This document shows, in pieces, positions 11,373-25,024 of a stretch of DNA of 64,000 nt (position 1 is the first letter of the stretch; each line of letters opens with the position of its first letter). The stretch is taken from positions 19,220,001 to 19,284,000 of the forward strand of contig JBHGNT010000001.1 of assembly GCA_043228905.1 (NCBI GenBank). Direction: 5' to 3'. The stretch comes from Azolla caroliniana (lineage: Eukaryota > Plantae > Polypodiophyta). The notes under the pieces are model-generated. The model worked only from the letters and a program-made list of their open reading frames with translations. It ran no database searches and had not been told where the DNA came from. Both the position numbers and the translations under genes were made by a program.

Positions 11373-14300
11373 GAAGAAGATTGGCGTGATGTTCAAAAAC
11401 AAGAACACCATGAATAGAGTCTCAGTCTTTAGAAAAATCGTGAGACTTCGTTATTAAGATGGCTCCAGCATAGCGGAGCACATTAATGCCTTCCAAGGAC
11501 TAATGAATCAAACTACCTCTCTAGAAGTACCTCTTGCTAACAAGGTATTAGCATCGTTGTTGTTGGGATCCCTTCCAGACAGCTGGGAGACGTTGGTTGT
11601 CACATTAGGCAACGCAACACCGTAAGGGAAACACTTATCCCTAGAGCAATTGAAGTCAAGCTTATTGAATGAAGAAGCTCGCTGGAAGGACTGAGAGTCC
11701 AATACCGACCAGAAGGCCCTTGTCACGGAAAGTGACACATATCGAGGAAGAGGCCGAAATCGAGGTCCCCAAAATCGAGATAAGTCAGGGACAAGGTTGA
11801 AGTCGAGGGGGAGGCCCACATGATTCTATTGTGGGAAGTCGGGGTAGTTCCAGAAAAAATGCGGACACTTTCAAAAGGAGAAAGGGAGAGTTGATGGTGC
11901 AGAGCTGAAGAAAATCCTGGACAGGAAGAATACCTCAACAATTGTTTCAAGTGAAGACGAGTTGTTGCTCATTAGTGAACAAAATGAGGTCAACCTCGTC
12001 GGTGAAGAATCGACTTGGGTGGTCGATTCGTGTGCATCGTTTCACTTACCCCCAACTGAAAGTGCTTCTCATCATACAATGTCGGAGACCACAGTCTTGT
12101 AAGAATGGGGGATGAAGGAGCATGTTGAATCGTCAGCATTGGAGATGTGTGTCTGATGACATCGATCAGGTGCAAACTAGTGCTGAGAGATGTTCAGCGC
12201 GTTCCACAAGTTCAATTGAACCTGATATCAGCCGGTCGGCTGGAAGATGAAGGCTACACGGGTAGCATCCGGAATGGCGTCATGAAGTTCTGCAAAGGGA
12301 GCCTGATCGTGGCTCGAGCCTGGAAAACCAACACATTGTACATAATGAATGCTCGATTATGCCAAGGGGAAGTGAACTTAGTAGCCGACACAGTGGGTGA
12401 GTTGTGGCATAAGAGGCTATGCCACATGAGCCAGAAGGGAATGCAGATGCTACCTGAAAAGGAACTCCTATCGGAGGTAAAGAAAGTGCAACTAGATAAA
12501 TGTGTTGATTGCCTGGCCGGCAAAGAGAACGGAACTGCCTTCCGATTGAGGCCCCCGATGAGGAAGAAAATGTTGTTGGAACTCATGCATACAGACGTAT
12601 GCTACGTGGATACAAAGTCACATGTTGGTTCACAGTATTTCGTGACCTTCATAGATGATTGTAGCTGGAAGTTATGGGCTTCTATGCTGAAGATGAAGGA
12701 TCAAGTATTATCCGTTTTCAAAGAGTTCCAAGCCAGGGCTGAGAGTGAAACCGGCCGAAAATTGAAGGCAGTCTCAGCGGATAATGGCGGAGAGTAGCAT
12801 GGACCATTCGAGGAATATTGTCGAGTGCAAGGAATCCAGCTTGAGTATATCGTGTTGAATATGCCAAAGCTTAACGGGCTGGTCGAGACAATGAACCGGA
12901 CTGTAATGGAGATGGTCCAAACTATGCTGGCACATGCAAAGTAACCGAAGACGTTCTGGGTTGAGGCGCTGATGAAGACAACGTATGTGATAAATCGATC
13001 ACCCGCAGTACCCTTGGACAGTGATATTCCACAAAGAGTGTGGTGCGGCAAAGACATCTCATATCAACATTTGGGGGTGTTGTGTTGTCTTGCCTATGTG
13101 CATCTGGCAAAGGACCAAAGGGGGAATTGGACATGAAATCTCGGCCACGCATATTTCTCGGTGACAACGATGATGAATTCGGCTATCGGCTATGGAACTT
13201 AGCTGATAAGAAAGTGATCCTAAGTCGAGACATCGTCTTCATGGAAGAGAAGATGATTGTTGATTGGGAGATTGAGAACGAGTCTCCAACTACCGAATCA
13301 AACCGGGTCGACGCTCGGCAGAATCGAGTAGAAGCCGAATCAATCAAAATCAAATCCGAGCCAGTCGGTGATTTAATACTCGGCAAAATCGAGAACCGAC
13401 TGAAGAACGAGGGGAAGCAGCCAAACAAGGAACTGAATTCAACTCGGGCAAAGAAGTCGAAGAAGAACCGATCATGCCAAATGGAGGCCAAAGATACCCC
13501 CTAAGAGAAAGGAGGCGCCCCCGATGTTTTCCGGATGAAGAGCATGTACTACTAACCGATGAGGGGGAGCTGAAAAGCTTTAAAGAAGCTAAGGAAGATA
13601 CCCACATCCAAAAGTGGTTCAGTGCCATGCAAGGGGAGATGGATTCTTTGCATGAGAACCACACATATGAACTAACCGAACTGTCGAGAGGAAAGAAGGC
13701 ACCTAGGAATAAATGGGCATACAAGTTGAAACTGGGAGATGGTGGGAATCCGCCCATTTACAAAGCACGAATCTTTGTGAAAGGCTTTCAACAGAAGAAG
13801 GGTGTCGATTTTAACGAAATATTTTCCCCGATCGTTAAGATGACGTCAATCTGAACAGTGTTGAGCATCGCGACCACCATGGATCTCGAAGTTGAACAAG
13901 TAGACGTCGAGATTGCCTTCCTTCATGCAGGCTTGGAGGAAGAGATATACATTCATCTGCCGGAAGGATTCGTTGAGAAAGGCAAAGAGAACCTGGTATG
14001 CTGATTGAGGAAGAGCTTGTATGGGTTGAAGCATGTACCCCAACAATGGTATCGAAAATTTGAATCCTTCATGGTGGATCATGCTTTCGGCAAGACACAA
14101 GTTGATCATTGATTCTTTGTCAAGAAGTATGATGGAGGTGATTTGCTCATCCTCCTATTGTATGTTGATGACATACTGATTGTCGGACAGGACTCGAAGA
14201 AAATTGAAAGCTTGAAGAAGGCCTTGAGTAGGTTGTTCTCAATGACATATATGGGTTCGGCAAAACAAATCCTGGGAATGCACATTGTTCGTGATCGAGC

Positions 14301-14642
14301 AAAGAAATTGTTATGGTTGTGACAGGAAAAGTACATGACAAAAGCGCTCCAGATATTCGGCATGGAAAGCACAAAACCGATCGGCTCAACACTGCCGATG
14401 AACTATAAGCCAAGCAAAGGTCAATGTCCGAAATTGAAAACCGAGAAGCTCAAGATGTCAAAAGTCCTCAATTGTTGGAAGCCTGATGTACGCGATGGTA
14501 TGTACCAAGCCAGACATAGGATATGCAGGCGAAGTGGTCAATCGATATATGAGCAATCCTGGTAGAGAGCATTGGGCTGCTTTCAAGTGGATACTTTGGT
14601 ACTTGAGAAGCACCTCGAGCGTGTGTCTTCGATTCGGCTTGG
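11373..14642 (+). pseudogene. Degenerate Copia D gag-pol (gag, PR, IN, RT)
   Basis: Fragments collinear with the B polyprotein (GELWHKRLCHMS, FVTFIDD, YKARIFVKGFQQKKG, MYAMVCTKPDI), with many stops and frameshifts. Confidence 0.9.
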
Positions 14643-15091
14643 TGTTAATCCTTAGGGCCGGACGATGGCCTAACACAGGGTGTCTCTGAAAGACACTTCA
14701 CCAAAGGGTGTTACGGCGAGATAACTTAAGACACAACGATTAATCCGACTTAATTGGCTACTTAGCAATAAGGCATTCACTTCATACACACATAAGATAT
14801 AACAATTAAGACAGAACGGTAATCAATACATAAAGATAAAACCAGACACTTATATTAATTCTCCGTTAAGGTTTTACATTGTAACCGGGCCTTTATATAG
14901 GTCACCGGTGTTGCGTACAAAACGGTGCCAACCGGCACCTGTTCGGAATTGGTTCGGATCCGGATCGGCATACCGATTCCGGTCCATCCGTTCACTACAT
15001 AATTATAATCTAATTTACTTAATTAAATATATTCCGAATAACCATCCTTTTCACATTCTGGTCTCTGCTCCTTTGTCGGCCGGGTAATAGA

Positions 15092-15132
15092 TGGCACGCC
15101 CGTGGGACAGTACCTTGTACGTCGAATCCCAC
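15092..15132 (-). other. tRNA-Arg-like 3'-half module at the PPT position of element C
   Basis: Minus strand GTGGGATTCGA-CGTACAAGGTACT-GTCCCAC-GGGCGTG-CCA, 2 nt before the 3' LTR. Confidence 0.8.
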
Positions 15133-15142
15133 TATCCGGCCC

Positions 15143-17940
15143 TTAGCCTTCGTCCAAGATGTCCAGAATACTCTGCTCCAGGGTATCCAATGGTTGTTCG
15201 GAACTCTGTTGTTGTTGTTGTGGCTGTTGTTGCTGTTGTGGTTGCGGCTCCTTCGACTGTTGCTCCTGAGAGGGCGTTTGTTCGGCTCCCAGTATCGGCA
15301 GTTGTGGCGGTGATTCCTCCGTTAGCTGCTCTGCCGGATTTGACTCTGGTTGACTCGTCCCGTCCTTGCTCCGGTGATGGCTTCTCATCACTGAGGTTGA
15401 CGGTCGCCGCCTACTTTGCTTCTTCTCTTCGTAGCTTGGTCCGCTCATAGTTCTCAAACTGCATTTAAGCATCCAGCCGATCATCATCTAGCTGGGCTAC
15501 AAGTTGCCGGACCATTCCTGCTTGCTCCTCCACCAGAGTTACAAAATCTTCGGCTAACTCATTTGTTATGGCGGTGAAGTCCTCCTTTGTTAGCATGTAC
15601 CAGTCGTCGCCATCCTTCTGCCGGTTTTCCGCGTCTGCCCGTAGCAACTGGAGCTCGGTTGTGTGCTTTGCCCATTTGTCCCACCATTGTGTGGAGCTTT
15701 CGTCAATCAAGTGTTTGGTCTTGTTCCTCCATGCCTGGACAATGAACTGGATCCGCTCCAATCCCATCTTTGATTTGTTCTCCGCGGCTTGTCGTTCGTC
15801 CTTCAATTGCTTGATGAGTACCACCATATCCACCTCCTGCTCTTGGTAATGTGACAGTTGGGTTTCATAAGTGTTCTGTAGCCTTTGCAAGATCATCGTT
15901 GCTCTTTCCTTCTCTTCATATTGTTGCTTATGCAGCTCCATCCGTTCTTGCGCGGCTTCCTCAAGCAGCGTGGTTCTTTCAGCCCGTTCCTCCGCCAGCG
16001 CCGTCTCAACTCGATGTACCTCCTGCCGGAGCTGTGCCATCTTCTCTTGTTGTTTCTTATGCTCCATATCCAGGTGCTTGTAGTCCCACTGCAGGTGCTC
16101 AAAATCATCAGTTTTCGGCTTCAGCTTTTGGTTGAGTTGCCGGCGAGGGCGGTCTTCCCGGTCCTTTTGCTGACGGAGTTCTTCTTTCAGCCTTTCGATC
16201 TCTATTTCCGCCATCCATCGCAGCTTCTCCTTTTCTTGCATCGCCTTCTCTTTCTCCTCCTTTAGCCGGTCGTAGGCTTGATGTCCTTTCCGCAGATTCT
16301 CTTCTGCCCGACGGAGGTTCTCAGTAGTCTTTCGTTGCTCTTCTTCTACCGCTTTCTTCAAGTCCCGCTCTCGGGTGCGTAATGCTTCCTGTGCGGCCAG
16401 TTCATCTCCTAATTCAACAAGCTCTTTTGCTTGCACCGCCACTATCTCCGGGACGGTTTCCGTCTCCGGGGTCTTATTGCTATGTACAGGTGCTGGTGCT
16501 TCTTTATTCTATACATCGACTAGGGTCACCGGTGCTTGGAGCTGTGGTCCGGTTAAGACCATTTTGGCCAATTCTTCTGTGGCCAGGTCCAAGTCTTGTT
16601 CTAGGCTCCAGATCCTTGACCGGTCCATCTCTAGTTCTCCGGTCCATCTTCGCTTTCTCTTCCGCCTCTATGTAGTGTACCACTCCGGCAATCTGGTCTC
16701 CAATCCACCGGAGTCATTGGCTGCCGGTGCCCTGTTGTTGCGTCTGCCCGGAGGGTTAGCTGTTGGTGTCGCTGGCCAGTGGTTGGTTTTGTCCAGTTGC
16801 GTCGAGCTGCAACTCTGGCTCTTGTTGGTGATCACTTTGTGGTTATGGTTGCAGCTCTGTTGGCCGCTCCTCCTCTGAATGCTCTTGGCCTACCGGTGGG
16901 GTCGGCAACTGTACGTCCGGCGCTTGCATATCAGGTCTTGCCGTATCCTGACCCGCCGGTAGAGGTTGTTGTGCAGGGGGCTCTCTGGCCGGTTCTGTCT
17001 GAACTGGTTCCGGTTCCATCCTTGGTGCGGGCTGCTCAGGGCGGGGTACAGGCGTTCCATCCTTCTTTGGGTCCGAATGCTCCCCGGCATGTTCGGAGGT
17101 GCTTGCCTTCTGGCATCGTTGGAGGTGCTCTAACGGTTCCTCCTCTGTTTCGTCCTGTTGAGTTCCGATGTTGATTTTCGCTGCCAAGGGGTCCGACGCT
17201 TGTTGAATCGGTCGGCTAAGCCTGATTTTGATTGGTCGTACCGGTTGCTCCTTTTGCGTTTCCGCCTGCTGCTTCCTATTGGCGCACTCCTTTGCCGCCT
17301 GGTCCGTGTCGGCCGCCTCCCTTTGGTTGCCTTAGAAGCTAACAGTTGCTGCCGTTTCGAGGCCGTTTTTGGGGTGCCTTCGGTTGTCCTTCCCCGCTTC
17401 ATGGCCTTGACGGGCTTGATAGGTGGCGCCAATAGGGTGAGCCATTGCGCCACTGCCGTCCATATCTTCCAACCCTCTTTGCCTCTGACAGAGTCAATGG
17501 CCGCACAGAGGCCATCCGCAATCAGTACCGCCCAGTCCACCTTCACGCCTTCATATGTGGCTATGATTAAGCCGTCCCGGTTCTGGGCCATGTAGGAGGG
17601 TCGAGGGTATACATGTCTGAATTCATGGAGCACACGGGCAATCTCTCAAAAGAGCAGATCTTCGCCGCCCTGTGTCTGGTAGGCCTTGCTTGCCAGAGAG
17701 TATTCCCCAAAATATTTTCGGAGCTATTCTGGGGTAGGGTTGTCGATATTGAAGATTCCCCCTTCCGGAAGGCCAATCAACGCATGGATGGCCTCCTCAG
17801 TAATCAACTCCGTGTCGATTTCTTTGACTATCTTCTCCACCTCTCGGTGCGGTGGCGCCTCCATGATGGTGAGGAAACCCTCTAAGCCGTGTTGCCTTAG
17901 CCACTTCTTGGCTACTTCAGAGAGTGCTTGGCTGTCCATG
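15143..17940 (-). pseudogene. Extra ORF2 of element C (frameshifted)
   Basis: LSEVAKKWLRQHGLEGFLTIMEAPPH, ATYEGVKVDW, and a coiled coil aligning with A (EIERLKEELRQQKDR, ELQLLRADAENR). Confidence 0.8.
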
Positions 17941-18331
17941 GCTTCGTCGAGGTCGGTGAGCGCTGGTGAGGGTTGTGTGTGAGGAGTCTCTGTGTGCGTG
18001 GGTTCGCGTCTGCTGATCTTCAATCGCCTGTCTGCGTTTATGCTCCTCTGTTCGCGAAATGTGACGGTTTCTAGGTGGCGGGGGTTTTCTTGTTGCATGT
18101 TGGCGCCTGTTTTTTTTCATTACCCGCGCGTGTGCATGTCGTGTACTAAAATAGAATGACGTGCCATATGGCGGCGGTTTAATAGCCCACTACGTACCTT
18201 TTCAAAGTGCATGTTCACTCCTTGTTTTTGCATGTGTCCATTCACCCCTCACCCTTGCATGATTTAGTTTGATTTGATTTGATTCAATTTCTTTTCTTTT
18301 TTTTTCTTTTTTTAATAAATGGTTTTGCTAA

Positions 18332-20891
18332 TTAGCAACCGGTCCCACTGGACCCCTATCCGGATTGTGATCCTTGCCGGTCGTTGGACCGCTTGTCGTC
18401 GCTTCCGACTTACCAGTGTCCGGTTCTGTGTCGCCCTTCACTTGTTCAAATGGGTTTCTTAGCATGGGTCCATTGTATGGTTTGAGTCGGAACCCATTGA
18501 CCCATTTACCTAGAACCTCGCCGGCGAGTGTCCCTAATTGGTAGGAACCGTTGAACTCTCACGTAATCCAGTATGGTCCGGTCCACCAAAACCGTAGATT
18601 TCCCGGCATCTTACCCATCCGGGTCTGGAACACGAGTACCGGCTTACCGATGCCGAACATCTTTTCGTTCCCTTTTCGGTGACGATCCACGAACGCCTTC
18701 CTTCGTTGCTGCTCTAGTTCTAGGTGCACGATGTTGGCTAGCCGGATAGCATCTGATTCCTTCTCATTTAGGCGTTCCCGAATCTGTATTTGTAAACTCG
18801 GGACCTGGAACTCTACTGGCATCACTACTTCCAATCCGAATGCCAAGTGGAACGGTGTTGTGCGGATACTTGTTTAATATGCCGCTCGGTAGGCCCAGAG
18901 TGCACTGTGCAGCTTTGTATCCCAATCCGTTCGGTTCTCATTGACGATTTTCCGCAAGATATTCTGTAGTGTTTTATTTGTTGACTCTGTTAATCCGTTG
19001 GCTTGCAGATAATAGGGAGTGCTCCGTTACTGCACCACCGCATAAAATGTCGTCAAACTTTCCACTACTTGCCCTAAGAAGTGCCCACCTTGGTCACTTA
19101 TGAGCTCTATCGGACATCCATATCGGCACCAGATGCATTCATATAAAAATTTTGCCGTGGAAGCCGCGGTGTTATCGCGTAGCGCTTTCGCTTCCACCCA
19201 TTTCATGCAGTAATCCGTAGCGACGATCACGTACCGGTTGCTGGTTCTCATTGCCGGTGGTTTGAATGGACCGACAAAATCTAGCCCCCATTTCTAAAAT
19301 GGTTCTAACGGTAGCACGGGCTGGTGAGGCATTCTGGCTTGTTCAGTTGGTTGCCCCATTCATTGACATAGGTCGCATTCTTTAGCGTACCGGACTGCAT
19401 CTTTTAATGTTGTCGGCCACCATAGTCCACTCTGCCATATTTTCCTTGCCGTAGCGTCTCCAGCATAATGTCCTCCGGCCACACCGCAGTGTGCCTCGCG
19501 CAATATTAGTTCCTTTTCGTCACTGCGCACTGCACGCCGCCATATGCCATCTGCGCCTTTGTGGTACAGTGTGTCCTGCAATAGACAGAAGTGCCGGCTT
19601 TGAACCGCTAAGCGTTTCCTTTCATCTCTGTTCATCTCCTCTGGAGGTAAACCGGTGCTCAGAAATTGGTGCATGTTGGTGAGCCACTTGTCTTCGTCTG
19701 CGACCGAACTGTTCCTTACCGTTTCTGCTGTGACTCTAAATAGCTTAGCATCGGGAAAGTCTTCTAGGACTCCGTCATTGGTTTCGCCGGAATCCAGCCG
19801 GCTTAAATAGTCCGCTACCGCATGCTGTATGCCGGGTCGGTGGAATATCTCGAACTTGAATTCTTGCAATAGTAACGTCCATCATGCCAACTTACCGGTG
19901 AGTGATGCCTTGGACACCAAATAGAGGAGCGTTGAATGATCTACGTGAAAGGAAAATTTCCTTCCCAACAGATAGTGTCTAAACTTGGTGACATTGTAGA
20001 TCATACCCAAAGCCTCCCTTTCCGTCGTGGAATAATTACGTTCCACTTGGGACAACTTCCAGGTGGCATAATAGACTGGCCGGTACCATTTTGGTTCTGT
20101 CAGTTGCCTCAGTGCGCTCCCGATTGCGATGTCGGACGCGTCAACGAACACATGGAACTCTTTGGACCAATCCGGAGGTTGCACCACCGGCACTTGTGAC
20201 AACAGCACTTTTAGTGCCTGGTAAGCCTGGTCTTCTGTGTCCGTCCATCGGAATGGTGTCTGATGAAACGCGGCATGCAGTGGTGTAGCCAGGTCTGCCA
20301 GATACCGGAGCATTCGGCTATGCCACCGAATTTGTCCTAAGAACCGGCTTAGTGCCTTTGTCGTGGCTGGTGCCGGTGCCTCTAGGATTGCTTTTACTTT
20401 GTCCGGATCCACTATGATACCGTCCTTGCTTACTATATGGCCTAGTAATGCTCCGTTGGTTACTCCGAACATGCATTTGGCCGAGTTCGCGCTTAGTTAG
20501 TAAACCCTACATTTTTCTAGGCATAGTCGGAGGTGCTGAAGGTGATCCCCTTCCTAGCTATAAACAGCGAAGTCATCCAAGAACACCTGCATGAATGCCG
20601 GAATGAATTCCCCGAAAATTTCCATGATGATCCGCTGGAAGGTTGCCGATATTGTTTTCAGTCCGAACATCATCACTACGGCAACAAAGACTCCCCATTC
20701 GGTGACAAAAGCGGTTTCTCCTGGTTGGCGGGGTGCATCTAGATCTGATTATAGCCGCTGAAACCGTCCAGAAAACTGTACACCTTATGACCGGCGACCG
20801 CATCCAGGACTCCATCCGTGAATGGAAGTGGGAAAGCGTCTGTTACCGTAGCCGCATTCAATTTCCGGTAGTCGACAGACAATCTGATCTT
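18332..20891 (-). pseudogene. Element C pol (RT C-part, RNase H, integrase)
   Basis: VDYRKLNAAT, FLDGFSGYNQI, FHVFVDASDIAIG, EAHCGVAGGH..CDLCQ and ATDYCMKWVEAK motifs. Confidence 0.9.
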
Positions 20892-23139
20892 GTAGTGACT
20901 TGTTGTATGTCCGCGACTTCCGCGTCTACCATGTTCACCGTTGGTCGCTTGTCGTAGCTCTTCGCCGGACATTGATTACTATAGTGGCCCTCTTGCCGGC
21001 AACAATAGCAGTACGGCTTCCGGGCGTTGCAGGATTCGGCGTTTGTGCTTGGTGGCAGACCGGGGGCAAGTGCTTGCTTTTGGTTTGGTTGGCTGCTCGA
21101 AGCGCCCTTTTCCGGTTCTCGTGGATGACCCCCCTTTTTGTTGAAATGATGTTTCTTATTGAAATTCTTTTTGTTGCGGTATCCTTGCCATAGTCGTCCC
21201 GTCGGTGGTTGTAACCAGGGGAGTGATCCCGGTTATATCTTTCATACTGTCCATTATAGTCCCAGTATCTATCCTCTTCGGCTGCATTTAAGCGTTGGGA
21301 CACATGGTTCGCTTCCCAGGTCTGTTGAAACGCATGGACGTGAGCTTCCGCGCCCGGATCATCCCGGTATCTGGGATATTGGAATGGCATATTGTCGTTT
21401 GGTGTCGGTACACGAGCTGGTGGTGTCGGAGGTTTTCCCCGGTTTTCTATCGTCGTCGGAGGTCTTTCCTACTCCTCTTGTGGTGTCGGAGGCTTCTCCT
21501 CCTCGACTTCCGGTGTCGGAGGTCTCTCGTCCTCGACTTCTGGTTCCAGAGTGTGGTCGACTTCCGGTACCGGAGTTTCCAGCCTTGTCGATTTGGGTTC
21601 TGGTGTCGGCAAAGTATCCGACTCCTCGTCCTCTGGTCCGCCTGGGGTGTTGTTACTACTGCGGTAGTTCGTGTGCGCGTTGTATTCCCCGTCCGAACCC
21701 GATTCAAATGCCGAAAATGCTTCGGATTCGCCTTCCCCCGCTGCCAATGCCTGGAGAAGGGATTCCGCTTCTCGGAGGCTGTTTTGTGGTAGCCGAAGTG
21801 ATTCCTTGGCTACTCTCCGCATCCCTTTCGAAAATGAGCGATCCGCTCTGATTTCTTCTGCTGCTTGCTGGAAATCCTCTCACTTCCTCAGCCGTTTAGC
21901 AAGTCGCCTTGCTCGCGCCGTAACCGGGTCGTTCGTTGGTCGCGTCATCCATTCCCGCCGTTGTTCGTTGCAATTGTGCAGGAATCGTGGCCGCCAAAAA
22001 CTGTGTTAATCCTTAGGGCGGGACGATGGCCTAACACAGGGTGTCTCCGGAAGACACTTCACCAAAGGGTGTTACGGCGAGATAACTTAAGACACAACAA
22101 TTAATCCGACTTAATTGGCTACTTAGCAATAAGGCATTCACTTCATACATGTGTAAGATATAACAGTTAAGACAGAACGGTAATCAATACATGAAGATAA
22201 AACCAAACGCTTATATTACTTCTCCGTTAAGTTTTTACATTTGTAACCGGGCCTTTATATAGGTCACCGATGCTACGTACAAAACGGTGCCAACCGGCAC
22301 CTGTTCGGAATCGGTCCGGATCCGGATCGGCATACCGATTCTGGTCTGTCCGTTGACTACATAATTATAATCTAATTTACTTAATTAAATATATTCCGAA
22401 TAACCATCCTTTTCACATTCTGGTCTTTGCTCCTTTGTCGGCCGGGTAACACTCGAGTAACCCCACATTGGAAGGTTACACGGATTTCGACATGTCGGTT
22501 GATGTAGAAACTAGCCGATCCACGTCTGGATACGTGATGACTTATGCAGGGGGAGCTGTTTCGTCGCAGTTGAGGCTGCAGAAGGCCGTGGCATTGTCGA
22601 CCACAAAAACCGAGAATATGGCCACATCGGAAGCCGGCAAGGAAATAACATGGACGAAGTAGTGTATTAGTGTTACCGAGTAGGAGCATTGTCGACGGTC
22701 AGTCCTTCGACCTAGACCTCAAGGTGAGTGCGTTGCAAAGAATGGTACCATCATACCGTAATACGGAATGGGATACTTCCCCGTATCCTAGTAGTGTATA
22801 AGGGAGACGGCTACAACCGAACTCCTGAGACAATGCACTAGTAACCGCACTTACGCCTACGCCCTTACGATTACAATACGCCACAGAGAATCAAAGAACA
22901 CAGTAGATCAACCACAGATATGCACAGAAATCAGAGAAAATAGTACTGTATTAGAATAACGTTGTATGCACCAAAATTACACGTTGCCTCTTATAGAGGA
23001 TTTCTGCCCTTTATATACACAAGGTCTTTTAGCCGTTCACGCTTCCCGCATGAACCATTACATACGTTTCTTACGCTTTTACTATATTATAATACTTCTT
23101 CGCTTCTGTCCGTCGGTTACTATTCCAGCGGACAACACG

Positions 23140-23180
23140 TGGCACGCCTGTGGCACAGTGCCTTGGCACGTCGAACCCAC
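23140..23180 (-). other. tRNA-Arg-like 3'-half module at the PPT position of element E
   Basis: Minus strand GTGGGTTCGA-CGTGCCAAGGCACT-GTGCCAC-AGGCGTG-CCA, 2 nt before the LTR TGTTGTCC. Confidence 0.75.
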
Positions 23181-24908
23181 TCCTTTAATCTTCCTCCAAA
23201 ATGGCCCGGATGTTTGGTTCCGCCCCGATGTCCTGGTCTGGGGACGGCGTAGTGTCCATAGGCGCGTTGTTGCGTGGTTCCATGTCTTGTATGTGCTCGG
23301 TGGGGCTTTCCATGGTGTTAAGGTCTCCCTGTGTGGGCGGTCCGGGCTCTACTGGCTCCTCCCGTTCTACTGTGGTTGGTTCATCCGCCTGTGGGCTCTC
23401 GGGAGGTTGAGGCTCTATCCTGTTCATAACTTCCTCTGTGTTGCCGACCGTAGTTGTACACTCCGGTGAATGGGGCTGAGGTTCATCCTGTTCGGCGGTC
23501 TCACTTTCCGGTATCACGGGGGGCTCCACTTGTTGTTCCATGCTGCCTACTGTAGTGGTTATTTCCGGTACCATTGGCAGTGGTTCTGTTCGGTAGTATT
23601 CTTTACTGGTATCGTGATGGATTCCTCGTTTGGTCGCGTGCTATCGGCTTGCATGATTTGGTGAAACATGTCCTCCTGACTTTCACCAAAATCGTCTAGT
23701 AGTTGCGCGAGTTCCTCGGAGTGTTGTTCCGCTAGCGTGCGATAATCCTACGTTAGGTCCTCGCGTACTGCCGCAATGCTTTCCTCATTGAGTTTGTACA
23801 AACCTCGGCTGTCTTTTCTTCGATTCTCCCAGTCCACCCGGTAAGTATGCAACTCTGCCGCTTGTGCAGCCCACGCCATCCAGCCTTTGTCTAGAGCCGC
23901 TTGTCATTGCGCCGTAAACCTCTCCCGATTTGTTTGAAGAAGTATGCGCACATTGTCGGTTATTGCTTGGCAGCGGTTGCATGCTTCTTCCACGGTTTTC
24001 TTGAGGTTTTCAATATCTTGTTTATTGACCGCCACCGTTTCCTCATAATTGCTCCTCATTCCTGCCCATAACTGAGATTCCTTCGAATGTAATTCTTCCA
24101 GCTTTCCCATTTCATTGTTCAAGCAAATTTCGAGCTGATGCCTCACCTCCTATTCCCGTACAAACTGCTTGTCGAAACCACTTATTCTTCAAGGGTCTTC
24201 ACTGCCTTTCCACCGTTGGTCCAGATGTCCTTTTCTCTGTCAAAGGATTGGCAAAGTTCAGAGCGGAGGCGGTCAATCTCTGATTCCGCCAGGTGCACGG
24301 CTCTCTTTGCTTTCAAGGCAATGGCGGTCTGTGCTTCAACCTTTTCTCTCAGGGACTGGGCCTCGGCGGCATTGTTTGTTGGTCGAGATGCCTGATGCGC
24401 CGTAGTCGCGTTACGTTCCAACTCCGCGATGTGTTCGTTGGCCTTTTGTAGCTCGGATTGGGTCTATTTAACCGTTTTCCAGACATTTTTATTTTTAATT
24501 GCCATATCCTTGGCGCCAGTTCCCCATGAACCTCAATGAGGGCCATGTTTAATGGGGGTAGTTCAATTCCCATTCGGTGTATCCCGACATTCCGTTGTCT
24601 GCCTAGTTTGGCTAGCAGCCCCTCATCATCACTTTCCATTGTTTGTGTTAGCACGCGCTCAATCATTTGTTGCTCCGCGTGCTCCTCGGCCATTCATTGT
24701 GAGACTTTTATTTGTTGTGTTGCCAAAAATCCCATGAGTTCGTAAGTAGTGCCGAACTGTAATAGTGCACCGAACTCGTGGGATGTGTCCGGAATGTCCG
24801 CATACTTCAAGACCTCGCTTTCTGCCATAAATACGCCTTTCCACCGCTGAGACTGGGCCGTAATGATTGGCTATGGTTCCCGGATTATTTCGAAAGTGGT
24901 GTTGGGTT

Positions 24909-24993
24909 TGTTGATGACAAAGTCGTCTATGCGGAAGATCAAGAAGCATTCGATCTCTGTTGTGTACCTGCGTATTACAGTTTGTAGGTCGTT

Positions 24994-25024
<31 letters not shown>

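Larger units (their letters stand above)
14643..22451 (-). mobile_element. Ty3/Gypsy element C (Athila/Tat-like), two LTRs, internally deleted
   Basis: LTRs 14643-15089 and 22004-22451 (about 25 substitutions by eye). Flanks CTTGG / CTCGA fit an ancestral TSD CTCGG. PBS TGGCGGCCAC at ~21987-21996. Gag, RT, RH, IN and ORF2 remnants present. Confidence 0.92.
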
